This document shows positions 9,214 through 18,769 of a DNA stretch of 64,000 bases, one piece after another. The stretch is from an uncultured Methanosarcinales archaeon (lineage in GTDB: Archaea; Nanobdellota; Nanobdellia; Woesearchaeales; GW2011-AR9). Position 1 is the first letter of the stretch; each line of letters starts with the position of its first letter. Both the position numbers and the translations under genes were made by a program. Where the stretch lies: positions 11,327 through 75,326 of the forward strand of contig CAYSWQ010000001.1 of the NCBI GenBank assembly GCA_964434885.1, in the 5' to 3' direction. The notes beneath the pieces are model-generated. The model searched no databases, was not told the origin of the DNA, and worked only from the letters and a program-made list of their open reading frames with translations.

Positions 9214-10572
9214 TTATTTTCTTTTGATAATGATAATACTAGTGCCAATGATTATTAAAGTTAGTGCTATTCCACCAATGAGATAGTTGGGAGGAATGTT
9301 TTTTAATTCGCTGATTGTTAAACCAGTAATGAGGTTTTTATTGGTGGAAAGAGGAGATTCAACTATGGTTTTTTGAGCCAATAGTTTAGTACTAGGAATT
9401 ACTTTAAATATTTCTTGATTAACACATTTTCTTTTTTCTTCTGGTTTTTTATCCATAGTTCCACAAGCGTTTTTATCAAAACATTTTCTAACATTGTAAT
9501 TATTAGTGCAATTAGTGTCCCAGGGATAACAATACCACTTTTCTTGACAATTAGATGAATAGGTGGTTGAGACATAGTTTTGAGTGGGTGTAGAATTATA
9601 ATTTAAACTTCCTCCTCCAGAACTACTAGATGAACTTCCCGATGATGTTCCTCCTCCCGAAGATGATCCTCCGCCGGAAGAGCTACTAGAAGAAGAAGAA
9701 GAAGAGCTACTAGATGAATTGCTACTTGAACTAGAAGAAGTAGTGGTGTTGTTAACAATGACATAAATTGTTTCATTATCACTTAAATTGCCATCAGAAA
9801 CAACAAAAGTTAAATTATGAGTTCCTACTTGAGTAGAGTTAGGTAGCCAAGAAAATAATTGACTGATGAAAGTTGCGCCAGTTGGTAAGTTGATAACGGA
9901 ATAAGTAAGATTATCTGATTCATTATCTGTTGCATTGATAGTGAAATTTAAAGTGTTGTTTTCAGTGATGGTGTGGTTACTGATTGAATTTAAGATTGGA
10001 GCGGTGTTGGTTGTGTTTGTGGTGTTGGTTGTTGAATTGGTGGTGGAAGTGTTGTTGGTTAAAATAGTATTAGTTGAATTATAAGTGCAATTTTGTTTAA
10101 TCCAGTCTACACTGTCAATGTTTGTATCTTGTCCATTGGGATTTCTAGCTAGACATTCATCGGAAACATTATTTGAATTTCCATCGGGAGCATTATCTGA
10201 AGTATTGCCATCATCCCAATCAGCATAAGTAACATTATCTATCTGGTTGCTTTCGTTATCATAAAGAATTATTTGTCCATTATTATTTTGGGCCCCACTT
10301 GGATTAAGTATTGTGTAATAACTTCCTGCAGAGATTGTTCCAGAAAGAGTTTCATTTACTGGGGTGCTATCTATTAAAGCTAAAATCCAACCAGTGATGT
10401 TAATTGAAGAAGTGTTGTTGTTATATATTTCAAACCATTCATCACTTGATCCTGTTTTTCCACTGTTATCCCAATCTGTTTGTGGATCAACAACAAATTC
10501 ATTGATTAAAACATTGGCAGAAACTAAATAACACAAACATAGCAAAAATAATACTCCTATCCAAAACCTCAT
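9214..10572 (-). CDS. Surface protein: signal peptide, lamin-tail domain (LTD), He_PIG-like Ig domain, poly-Ser linker, Cys-rich module, C-terminal TM anchor
   Basis: VLINEFVVDP...EWFEIYNN is the LTD signature; APILNSISNHTITENNTLNFTINATDNESDNLTYSV is Ig-like; a 40-residue Ser/Gly run; C-terminal hydrophobic helix plus KRK; more than 30 N-x-S/T sequons. Confidence 0.6.
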   Translation of the reverse strand: MRFWIGVLFLLCLCYLVSANVLINEFVVDPQTDWDNSGKTGSSDEWFEIYNNNTSSINITGWILALIDSTPVNETLSGTISAGSYYTILNPSGAQNNNGQIILYDNESNQIDNVTYADWDDGNTSDNAPDGNSNNVSDECLARNPNGQDTNIDSVDWIKQNCTYNSTNTILTNNTSTTNSTTNTTNTTNTAPILNSISNHTITENNTLNFTINATDNESDNLTYSVINLPTGATFISQLFSWLPNSTQVGTHNLTFVVSDGNLSDNETIYVIVNNTTTSSSSSSNSSSSSSSSSSSSSSGGGSSSGGGTSSGSSSSSSGGGSLNYNSTPTQNYVSTTYSSNCQEKWYCYPWDTNCTNNYNVRKCFDKNACGTMDKKPEEKRKCVNQEIFKVIPSTKLLAQKTIVESPLSTNKNLITGLTISELKNIPPNYLIGGIALTLIIIGTSIIIIKRK

Positions 10573-10657
10573 AAAATAAGATAAACTTTGATTTGGTTTT
10601 AAAAGATTTCGTAATTACAAAACAATGTTGTTAGAATAAGAATTAAAAAAAATAAAA

Positions 10658-10930
10658 TTATAAAACTGTTTTGATACTCTCAATGTTCCGAGCGATATCG
10701 TGGCCTTTCTTAGTTAATTCTAATAACTTTAATCGACCTTCTTTTTTGAAATTAATCAAGTTGGCTTTTTGCATTTCCTGCAAGATCTTCACAACATGTG
10801 AATAAGTGCAATCAATTTGTTTTGCCAAAACAGATGCATAAACCTGGGAGTTAGCATTCTTTAATTCTACTAACATCATAGCTGGTTTTTCACGGAAAAA
10901 CACGTCAAATATTTCTTTATTTTTAACCAA
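10658..10930 (-). CDS. Small winged-helix transcriptional regulator
   Basis: 90 aa; YASVLAKQIDCTYSHVVKILQEMQKANLI is an HTH recognition region; divergent to XPD. Confidence 0.5.
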   Translation of the reverse strand: MVKNKEIFDVFFREKPAMMLVELKNANSQVYASVLAKQIDCTYSHVVKILQEMQKANLINFKKEGRLKLLELTKKGHDIARNIESIKTVL

Positions 10931-11073
10931 TGTTACCCACCTCGAATACTATCTTATGCACCCCTATATATTGTATAAACTTCGTAACGCCTAGTATATT
11001 TAAACATTTATAGTTTGGAACATATATGATTAAGAAGATGTATATTTAAAAGTTGTGGTTTTTAATTGGTAAT

Positions 11074-12978
11074 ATGCTCTCGGATGAACGAAAAAAAGAA
11101 TTGTTGTTTCCTCACGAAGAAGTTAGGAATTCTCAAGAAGAATTAATTCTAGATGTAGAAAAAACACTAATGGACAAAGGACAATTATTAGCAAATGCTC
11201 CGACTGGTTTAGGGAAGACTTCTTCAGCATTAGGACCAGTATTAAATCATGCTTTAAAAAATAAATTGACAGTTTGGTTTTTAACCAATAGACACACACA
11301 ACATAGATTGGCAGTAGAGACGCTAAAGTTAATACAAGATAAATTTGGTTTGAAATTTAGTTGTGTTGATTTGATTGGAAAGAAATGGATGTGTAACCAA
11401 GACGTTAAAGAATTGTATTCTCAAGAATTTAATGAGTTCTGCAAAAGCATCACTGAAAAAAAAGAATGTGAATTTTTGAATAAAGTTAAAGAGAAAAATA
11501 AATTAACTGTAGAAGCAAAATTATTGTTAGAAAGGTTGGAAAAGAAAGGAGTTTTACATAATGAAGAGATTATTGAAATTTGTCAAGAAGGTGGTTTTTG
11601 TAGTTATGAAATTTCTTTAGCCTTAGCTAAAAAAGCAAAAGTGATGATTGGAGATTATTACTATATTTTTAACCCATTTATTCAAGATCGGATCTTTGGT
11701 AAAATAAATCATGAATTGGAAAAAACAATTTTAGTTATTGATGAAGCACATAATCTACCCAATCGAGTAGTAGAAATGTTGAGTACTGTATTAACAACAA
11801 ATATGTTGAAGAATGGAGTTTCAGAAGCTAGAAAATATGGTTACTTTAATGCGGCAGATCATTTAGATGCCATAAAAAAAGTTTTGGAAAACTTAAATAA
11901 TTCTCAACGACAAAGTTCTTTAAATGAAGGTTTTACTGCCAGTAGCAAGATAGGAAAAGATAATGAAAGAAAAGTAACTAAAAATGATTTTTTGAATCAA
12001 GTGAAAGAAGTTGCAGATTATGAAATTATGGTTAATGAATTAGAAATAGCTGCGGATGATATTAGGAAAAAGAAGAAAAGAAGTTATGTGGGTGGGGTAA
12101 TTAGTTTTTTGGAATCTTGGACTGGGGAAGATGAAGGCTATACTCGAATCATATCTGAGAAAGAAGGTCGTTTTGGAAGATATATTAGTTTGAATTATCA
12201 TTGTCTAGATCCATCTTTAGTTACTAAAAAAATATTTGATCAGGTTTATGCGACAGTATTGATGAGCGGTACTTTGAATCCAACTTTTATGTATAAGGAT
12301 GTTTTGGGGATGAAAGGGATAGAGAAAGATTATCCCAACCCTTTTCCAAGTGAAAATAAATTAACTTTAATTGTTCCCGAAACTAGTACCAAATATAATT
12401 TACGAGGAGAAGTAATGTATCAAAAGATTGCAGAGAAGTGTTCTGAAATGTTAGATTTAATTCCAGGTAATTGTGCCATCTTTTTCCCGTCTTATTATTT
12501 ACGAGACCAAATTGGATATAAAATTAAAGAAGGAAAGAAAAAGTTTTGGGAGAAGAGTGAGATGAGTAAGGAAGAAAAAGAAGAATTTCTGGAAGATTTC
12601 AAAAAAGGGAAGGAAGAAGGAGGAGTTCTTCTTGGAGTAATGGGAGGTAATTTTGGAGAAGGAGTAGATTTACCAGGAGATTTATTGCAAGGAGTGGTGA
12701 TTGTTGGTGTTCCTTTGGGTACACCAGATTTGAAAACTAAAGAAGTAATCAAATATTTTGATGAACAATATGGTAAAGGATGGAATTATGGATATCTTTT
12801 TCCAGCAATGAACAAATGTTTGCAGAGTGCAGGAAGATGTATTAGATCAGCAGAAGATCGAGGAGTAGTTATTTATTTAGATGAGAGATTTGCTTGGCAA
12901 AATTACTATTGTTGTTTTCCTCGAGAAGGGTTGATTGTGACTAAAGATTATAAGAAGTTTTTAGAAGAATTTTTTTAA
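11074..12978 (+). CDS. xpd: XPD/Rad3-family 5'-3' DNA helicase (Fe-S)
   Basis: Walker A APTGLGKT, DEAH box VIDEAHNLP, four-Cys Fe-S insertion, C-terminal helicase motifs. The ORF track begins at an upstream TTG (11053); the first ATG is 11074. Confidence 0.8.
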   Translation: MLSDERKKELLFPHEEVRNSQEELILDVEKTLMDKGQLLANAPTGLGKTSSALGPVLNHALKNKLTVWFLTNRHTQHRLAVETLKLIQDKFGLKFSCVDLIGKKWMCNQDVKELYSQEFNEFCKSITEKKECEFLNKVKEKNKLTVEAKLLLERLEKKGVLHNEEIIEICQEGGFCSYEISLALAKKAKVMIGDYYYIFNPFIQDRIFGKINHELEKTILVIDEAHNLPNRVVEMLSTVLTTNMLKNGVSEARKYGYFNAADHLDAIKKVLENLNNSQRQSSLNEGFTASSKIGKDNERKVTKNDFLNQVKEVADYEIMVNELEIAADDIRKKKKRSYVGGVISFLESWTGEDEGYTRIISEKEGRFGRYISLNYHCLDPSLVTKKIFDQVYATVLMSGTLNPTFMYKDVLGMKGIEKDYPNPFPSENKLTLIVPETSTKYNLRGEVMYQKIAEKCSEMLDLIPGNCAIFFPSYYLRDQIGYKIKEGKKKFWEKSEMSKEEKEEFLEDFKKGKEEGGVLLGVMGGNFGEGVDLPGDLLQGVVIVGVPLGTPDLKTKEVIKYFDEQYGKGWNYGYLFPAMNKCLQSAGRCIRSAEDRGVVIYLDERFAWQNYYCCFPREGLIVTKDYKKFLEEFF

Positions 12979-13304
12979 ACATCAAAACCTCTTTTCTTGC
13001 GAGAATATCTTGCTTCTTCAATCATGTTGTTGATATTAGGTGTTCCTACACAATTGTATCTGCGACATATTGATGGTCTTTTATGATAGATAGAACATTT
13101 TCTTTCTTCTTCATCAAGGAAAACACAAGGCCCAAATTGAGGGTGGGTTTTGTTTTTAAGATAATAATGTTTTCCCGATAGAACTAGGTTTTCTAAACCA
13201 ATGGTCTCTACTTCTTTTGGACGGACTCTTTTTTTGAGGTAATAACAGCAATAGTTGTAGCAATAATTTTTTTTAGGTAATTTACAAATGGCTGGTTTAA
13301 CCAT
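12975..13304 (-). CDS. YkgJ-family (UPF0153, CxxCxxCC) Fe/Zn-binding cysteine-cluster protein
   Basis: ...CYNYCC... N-terminal cluster and ...CVFLDEEERKCSIYHKRPSICRRYNC matches the YkgJ pattern. Confidence 0.55.
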   Translation of the reverse strand: MVKPAICKLPKKNYCYNYCCYYLKKRVRPKEVETIGLENLVLSGKHYYLKNKTHPQFGPCVFLDEEERKCSIYHKRPSICRRYNCVGTPNINNMIEEARYSRKKRGFDV

Positions 13305-13457
13305 AATAAAGAGAATATTGTGGAGTTAATTAAGGTTATTAAGCTAAAAAGGACTATTACTACCCCAATATAGTATTGTTCCTTTTTAAACAACCAGTAT
13401 ACAAAAACGTAACATTTATATACTTGTTTAACTTTTCTAAAAATATTAAGATCATAA

Positions 13458-13497
13458 GGGCTCCACCCTTATTCTACCACCCCTCACTCAGGAGCCC
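13458..13497 (-). other. GC-rich stem-loop (7-bp stem GGGCUCC/GGAGCCC) downstream of the transglutaminase-like gene; possible terminator or small RNA
   Basis: gggctcc-N26-ggagccc in an otherwise AT-rich spacer, followed on the minus strand by a U-rich run. Confidence 0.3.
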
Positions 13498-13505
13498 TGA
13501 TCTTT

Positions 13506-14153
13506 TTACTCTAAATATCTTTTCTTAGAATTAGTATATTTGTAATGAATCTCGCCAAACTTACAATCTTGGCAAGTTGAATCTAAGTTGATCCAATTGT
13601 TTTCTGTTTTGTAAGAAGAGATTGCTTCTGGAATTTTAACTTGGATGTAAACATGTCTAGGAACAAAAACAAATCTGGTTTGGAAACCGACAGATTGTAA
13701 TAATGAAGATAAGAGAATTGAACTGTCGTCACAATCTCCGGCAGTAGATGAGAAGCTCTCTTGAGGAGTTTTATAATATTCATATTTCAAAGGGTCATTA
13801 ACGTAGTTGAAGTTCTTTTGGACAAAGTAAAACAAAGCTTTGGCATTGCAAACTTTATGGGTGTTTGGACAAGATTGAGCTACTATCTGATCTGCTATTC
13901 TTTTAATATCTGAAGTAGTTTGAATATAATTTCTGATATCGGAAGAAGTAATGTTGGGAATCGATAGTTTAGGTAGGTTTAATTGATTTAAAGTAGGAAT
14001 CTGCTTTGGTTCAGGATTTTGTTTTAATCCATAACTAGGAACTACCCACATAACAACAATTAAAATAAGAAATAAACCAATAACAATTTTGAAGAATATT
14101 TTATAACCTGGTTCTTTTTCATCTTCAATAGTTTCTTCGTGATGTTCTTTCAT
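13506..14153 (-). CDS. Membrane-anchored transglutaminase-like cysteine protease superfamily protein
   Basis: N-terminal TM; core GDCDDSSILLSSLLQSVGF...PRHVYIQV gives the Cys-His-Asp arrangement of transglutaminase-like domains. Confidence 0.6.
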   Translation of the reverse strand: MKEHHEETIEDEKEPGYKIFFKIVIGLFLILIVVMWVVPSYGLKQNPEPKQIPTLNQLNLPKLSIPNITSSDIRNYIQTTSDIKRIADQIVAQSCPNTHKVCNAKALFYFVQKNFNYVNDPLKYEYYKTPQESFSSTAGDCDDSSILLSSLLQSVGFQTRFVFVPRHVYIQVKIPEAISSYKTENNWINLDSTCQDCKFGEIHYKYTNSKKRYLE

Positions 14154-14188
14154 TTTATGACTAGATTAAACATATTTATTAAATTAAC

Positions 14189-15889
14189 TTAATAACAAGT
14201 TTCTTGAGCATCCGTTAAAGAAAGAGTGAATCCACTTAATAATTTGTTTACGCCAGAGTTGGGATGAGTAATTGGAGAACTAGTTTGTCCAACTCTCAAA
14301 ATAATAACTTCTTTACCAACAACTTTTACCTTAGAATCAACCAAATCTGTTTTCTCTATTTCAATAGGAACTTTGATTGGGGCACCAGTACAATAAGAAG
14401 GAATTGTTTTAATAGTCCAAGCTAAAGCTCCAGCCGCAGTATAACTACCTTGTTTGGCATGTAGATTATAAATTTCTCCATCACTAGTGAGAATTGCAAT
14501 ATCGTGAACTTGGCATTTCTTAGTATTAGGACATTCGGTTTGATATTCTTTTAGTAAAGAACCACATTTTTTGTTAATACAAAACTGGCCAGGACTACAT
14601 TCATTGTTGTCATTGCAAGTTGTGGTTGTAGTAGTAATTGTTTTCGTTTTGTTCTTTTCATATTCTTCTTCATCATCACAAACATTATTTTTGTTTTTAT
14701 CTAAACAACAACCACCAACAGTTTCAATGTGGGGAGGTGTACAAACAAAAGGTTTACTTTCTTCAAAAGCATATTGGGTTTGGATTGCTTTTCCAGAAAG
14801 AGCCCCAGTTTTCATTAAAACAGCAAAAACAATGATAAAAACAATTAAACCAATTCCTCCAAAAATTAGTAATTTCTTTTTATTTTTATTTACCGACGAT
14901 TCTTTATCTCTAACATGAGAACTAGTTTTGGTTGTTTTTGATTGGTGAGTTTTTTTAGTATGGTCTTTCTTACGTCCCATTAACATATTGAGATGAGAAG
15001 GTTTTCTTTTACTTTTCTTGTGTTTTTCATAACGATGAGATAAAACTTCTTTGTAAGCTTCATCTGCTTGTTCTTCAGTCCAACCAGCTTGCAATAATTC
15101 TCTTCTAATTACAGAATAAGGTTTATCTGCATTCATGCTTTGGTGAATATACTTCATCAAATCTAAGGGGAGATCTGGAGTGTGGGCTCTTTTGTATAGA
15201 ACAAATAAAAGTACTCCAGCAGCTGTGAAAATTGTGATTAAGATAAATAAAACTGTTTTAGTTAAAGGTCTTGATTTTTCTACATTAGACAATTTTGTGG
15301 TGATATTACTTACTTTAGTGTCAGTGCTTTTAACATTTTTTTGTAATGAAGCTAATCCAGTGGAAACTGAATTAACTGTTTGAGAAGTTTGAGAAACTGT
15401 ATTTTTAATTGATTGTTGACCTGTTTTTAAACTAGTAAGATCGGAACCTAATTTTTGAACATTGAGATTTATTTTTTGGATATTTAGTGTATTAGTGTTC
15501 AGAGATTTATTTAATGCAGTTAGTTCTGATTGTAAACTATTTATTTGTTGAACCACATTAAAATAAGATGTATTGGTTGAGGTTGTATTTGTTGCATTTC
15601 TAAGAATTTTTGTTTTTTTACATTGAACTCCAACACAAGTGTATTTTGGACCAAATTTAGTTTGACAAGTGGTTGTGTTTCGACAGTAATATTTGTAATA
15701 ATTAGTTGTGTTGGTTGTTGAGGTGGTGTTGGAAGAAATTGTTTTTTGACAAGTATAATTGACACAAGAGTAAGCAGTACTATTAAATTTAGTTTTACAA
15801 GAGAGATCAGAAGTACAACTTATAGCTAAACTAACAGCTACAAAAACTAGTAAAAACACTCCCAGGATTACTAAAAACCTCTTTTTCAT
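14189..15889 (-). CDS. Cys-rich, sequon-rich two-pass membrane surface protein with coiled-coil segment
   Basis: Signal peptide; N-terminal Cys-rich domain with many N-x-T sites; coiled-coil; TM1, about 110-aa basic cytoplasmic loop, TM2; C-terminal Cys-rich extracellular domain with TTTTTTC mucin-like run. Confidence 0.5.
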   Translation of the reverse strand: MKKRFLVILGVFLLVFVAVSLAISCTSDLSCKTKFNSTAYSCVNYTCQKTISSNTTSTTNTTNYYKYYCRNTTTCQTKFGPKYTCVGVQCKKTKILRNATNTTSTNTSYFNVVQQINSLQSELTALNKSLNTNTLNIQKINLNVQKLGSDLTSLKTGQQSIKNTVSQTSQTVNSVSTGLASLQKNVKSTDTKVSNITTKLSNVEKSRPLTKTVLFILITIFTAAGVLLFVLYKRAHTPDLPLDLMKYIHQSMNADKPYSVIRRELLQAGWTEEQADEAYKEVLSHRYEKHKKSKRKPSHLNMLMGRKKDHTKKTHQSKTTKTSSHVRDKESSVNKNKKKLLIFGGIGLIVFIIVFAVLMKTGALSGKAIQTQYAFEESKPFVCTPPHIETVGGCCLDKNKNNVCDDEEEYEKNKTKTITTTTTTCNDNNECSPGQFCINKKCGSLLKEYQTECPNTKKCQVHDIAILTSDGEIYNLHAKQGSYTAAGALAWTIKTIPSYCTGAPIKVPIEIEKTDLVDSKVKVVGKEVIILRVGQTSSPITHPNSGVNKLLSGFTLSLTDAQETCY

Positions 15890-15928
15890 ATTACTATCTC
15901 CATAAGGTTTATTTTTTCATTTATATAT

Positions 15929-16585
15929 TTATTGCCTAGATACAAGTTCAAACACCACCTGAAAGGCTTTTTTTAGTTCTTTTTCTTGAATAATAATCAA
16001 ATGTTCCGAGTAACAAATCATCGAATCAATAATACTAATATTGTTTGCTGCAAGTTCGTTGGAAAGATAAGCAAAAACACCAGGAGTTTTAGTGATATCT
16101 GTATCATAGATAATTGTTAGTTCTCCCAGGTTTTTTTCCAAATTAACAATTTCTTTTTGGTTGAAAATCTCTTTGGTTTCTTTTAATGTTTTCTCGTCAA
16201 TAATTATCTTGATATATTTATTAACTTCAAATATTCTTAATGTGTCTCCCCCTTGGAAATCTATTTTTTGATAGAGTTTTGCTAATTTGTTACGGATAGT
16301 TTCATTTTTTCTTAATAATATAGAAGCTAATTTGGTTTGAGTGGAAATTTTTGATTTTTTTAACAGGCAATAGATATTTTTTAATTGATCTTTTTCTTTG
16401 ATATCTAAATGATATCTTCTTATGGCAGTGATAACTGCGTTTAAAGAACAAGACATATGGAGTTCTTTGATTATTTTTTTGGCTAAAGCTCGGACATTAA
16501 TCAGTTCATCAGCGAGGTTTTTCTTTATGGTGGTGTGATTATCTAAATATCTCCATACTTCTCGGTTGATGTTTTTTGTTTTCAT
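15929..16585 (-). CDS. Hypothetical protein with C-terminal ACT-like domain
   Basis: C-terminal GVFAYLSNELAANNISIIDS... resembles an ACT regulatory fold; no family assigned. Confidence 0.35.
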   Translation of the reverse strand: MKTKNINREVWRYLDNHTTIKKNLADELINVRALAKKIIKELHMSCSLNAVITAIRRYHLDIKEKDQLKNIYCLLKKSKISTQTKLASILLRKNETIRNKLAKLYQKIDFQGGDTLRIFEVNKYIKIIIDEKTLKETKEIFNQKEIVNLEKNLGELTIIYDTDITKTPGVFAYLSNELAANNISIIDSMICYSEHLIIIQEKELKKAFQVVFELVSRQ

Positions 16586-16742
16586 GGTTTTGTGATTGTT
16601 AATCTGTTTTACTTTAAAAAAGTTGTGTTATTTTTCAAATTTAGTTAAAATATTTCATTTTTTAGTTATTTGATTATAATTTGTCATAATTTTAATAAAG
16701 AAAATAGAGTGAAAATTATCATCAGTCAAATAGACTTAAAAT

Positions 16743-17360
16743 ATGGGGAATGAAAAAATGAAGCAACATGATTTAGTAAAACAAGTTGTTATCGCATTCA
16801 AAGAAACTGTTGATCGGGGTGAACCAGATGAAGAAATGAGAGAACAATTGATGGATGCCATTGATGGCAGATATTTAGATGTAGTTGATCGTCAATTGAA
16901 AGAAAAGATTTTTGATCAAGCTGTTGAGGAATATGATGCTTTTTTAGAATTTGGTCAAATTTTGAATACTTTCAAAGATTTGATTGGAGATAATGGTCCA
17001 AAATTTACGGCAAATATTCTTTTTAATCAAGGGGCAGCTTATGAAGGATTGGGAAAGAAAGATCTAGCTATTGAAACGTATCAAAAAGCATTGGAACAAG
17101 AAGATATGACTAATCAAACATTAACTAGAGCGAATTATAATCTAGGAACAGTACTAGCTGAGAAGGGAAATTTTCGTGAAGCGCAAAAACACCTCTTGGA
17201 AGCTCAAAGAAAAGGAATGAACCACCCTAGATTAAGACAGAATTTAGATTATGTAGCTCGTCAATTGGATTTCATTGAAGATAATACTGGTCCAAATCAA
17301 ACTCTTGAACAGGCTCAACGGTTAAAACATAAGTTGTATAAGCAAACTCCTTGTGGTTGA
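16743..17360 (+). CDS. TPR-repeat protein
   Basis: Several 34-aa TPR-like units (AAYEGLGKKDLAIETYQKALEQ; ANYNLGTVLAEKGNFREAQKHLLEAQ); GC content visibly above the flanks. Confidence 0.55.
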   Translation: MGNEKMKQHDLVKQVVIAFKETVDRGEPDEEMREQLMDAIDGRYLDVVDRQLKEKIFDQAVEEYDAFLEFGQILNTFKDLIGDNGPKFTANILFNQGAAYEGLGKKDLAIETYQKALEQEDMTNQTLTRANYNLGTVLAEKGNFREAQKHLLEAQRKGMNHPRLRQNLDYVARQLDFIEDNTGPNQTLEQAQRLKHKLYKQTPCG

Positions 17361-17404
17361 ATTTCCAACAATCTTTAAATACCCAAACCGATTACTAAGA
17401 TAAA

Positions 17405-18700
17405 ATGTTAGATATCAATTTGATTAGAGAGAAGCCTGAAGTGGTACGAAAATCAGAGAAACATAGAGGACACGATCCTAAACTAGTTGATGAAGTCTTG
17501 AAATTAGATGATAAATGGAAGAAAGACTTAAAGTTGATGGAAAAACTTAATCATCAACGGAATGTGGTTTCTCAAGAGATTAATCAAGCGAAGAAGAAGA
17601 AAGATAACAAGACTGCTGCGGCCAAGATTAAAGAAATGCGGGCAGTGATTGATAAAGTTCGTAAGCAAGAAGATAAAGCTGCTTTAGCTTTGGAAAAAAG
17701 AAATGAAGTAATGGAAAAAATAGGTAATGTCTTACATAAAAGTGTTCCGAAAGGGAAAGACGATACTGAGAATGAAGAAATTAAGAAAGTAGGTAAAAAA
17801 CCTAAGTTTAATTTTCCAATTAAAGACCATATTGAATTGGGTTTAGATTTAGATTTAATTGATTTAGAGACAGCAGCAAAGACATCAGGAGCAAGATTTT
17901 ATTATTTGAAGAATGAAGCAGTTTTATTAGATATGGCTTTACAAAGGTTTGCTATTGATAGATTATTGGCTAAAGGATATCAATTAATTTATACTCCTTT
18001 TATGTTGAATCGAGCAGCTTTGAAAGGAGGAGTTAATCTTAGTGAGTTTGAAGATACAATCTATAAGATTGAAAATGAAGATTTGTATTTGATTGCTACT
18101 TCAGAACATCCATTGGTGGCGTTGAGGAAAGATCAGATTTTGAATGAAAAAGAATTGCCGATTAAAATAGTGGGAACTAGTACTTGTTTTAGAAAAGAAG
18201 CAGGTAGTCATGGAAGAGATACTAAAGGAATCTTTAGAGTACATCAATTTACCAAAATTGAGCAAATTGTATATTGTAAACCCAAAGAATCTTATACTTT
18301 TTTTGATGAAATTCAAAAGAATGCAGAAGAAATGTTTAAAGAGCTTGAATTACCATTTAGAGTAGTTAGAATCTGTACAGGAGATATTGGAAATAAGCAA
18401 GCTTTGCAGTATGACATTGAAGCATGGTTCCCCGGACAAAATAAGAAAAATGGAGCTTACCGAGAAGTAACTTCATGTAGTAATTGTACAGATTATCAAG
18501 CAGTCTCTTTGAATACTAAATATTTAGATACTGAAGGTAAGAAAAAATATGTTCATTTATTGAATAATACTGCTTTAGCTACGGCACGAGCAATTGCTGC
18601 TATCTTGGAGAACTTTCAGACTAAAGAAGGTAATGTGAAGATTCCTAAAACTTTATGGCCATATATGGGTGGAGTGAAGGAAATAAAGTCTAAAAAGTAA
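17405..18700 (+). CDS. serS: Seryl-tRNA synthetase
   Basis: N-terminal coiled-coil arm, class II motifs (FRKEAGSHGRDTKGIFRVHQFTKIE; GNKQALQYDIEAWFP). Confidence 0.9.
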   Translation: MLDINLIREKPEVVRKSEKHRGHDPKLVDEVLKLDDKWKKDLKLMEKLNHQRNVVSQEINQAKKKKDNKTAAAKIKEMRAVIDKVRKQEDKAALALEKRNEVMEKIGNVLHKSVPKGKDDTENEEIKKVGKKPKFNFPIKDHIELGLDLDLIDLETAAKTSGARFYYLKNEAVLLDMALQRFAIDRLLAKGYQLIYTPFMLNRAALKGGVNLSEFEDTIYKIENEDLYLIATSEHPLVALRKDQILNEKELPIKIVGTSTCFRKEAGSHGRDTKGIFRVHQFTKIEQIVYCKPKESYTFFDEIQKNAEEMFKELELPFRVVRICTGDIGNKQALQYDIEAWFPGQNKKNGAYREVTSCSNCTDYQAVSLNTKYLDTEGKKKYVHLLNNTALATARAIAAILENFQTKEGNVKIPKTLWPYMGGVKEIKSKK

Positions 18701-18769
18701 AAAAAAACGACTTCGCGTTTTTAACCATAAAGGCAATATGCTGTATTTATGATAATAAAGTTAATATAG

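Noticed and set aside
13208-13393. 61-aa minus-strand ORF
   Set aside because: It overlaps the YkgJ-family gene by about 100 nt in another frame. It is a hydrophobic low-complexity translation and is likely spurious.
14571-14918. Plus-strand ORFs (115 aa and 65 aa) inside the 14189-15889 surface-protein gene
   Set aside because: They are out-of-frame readings of a long minus-strand gene with low-complexity content; there is no independent support.
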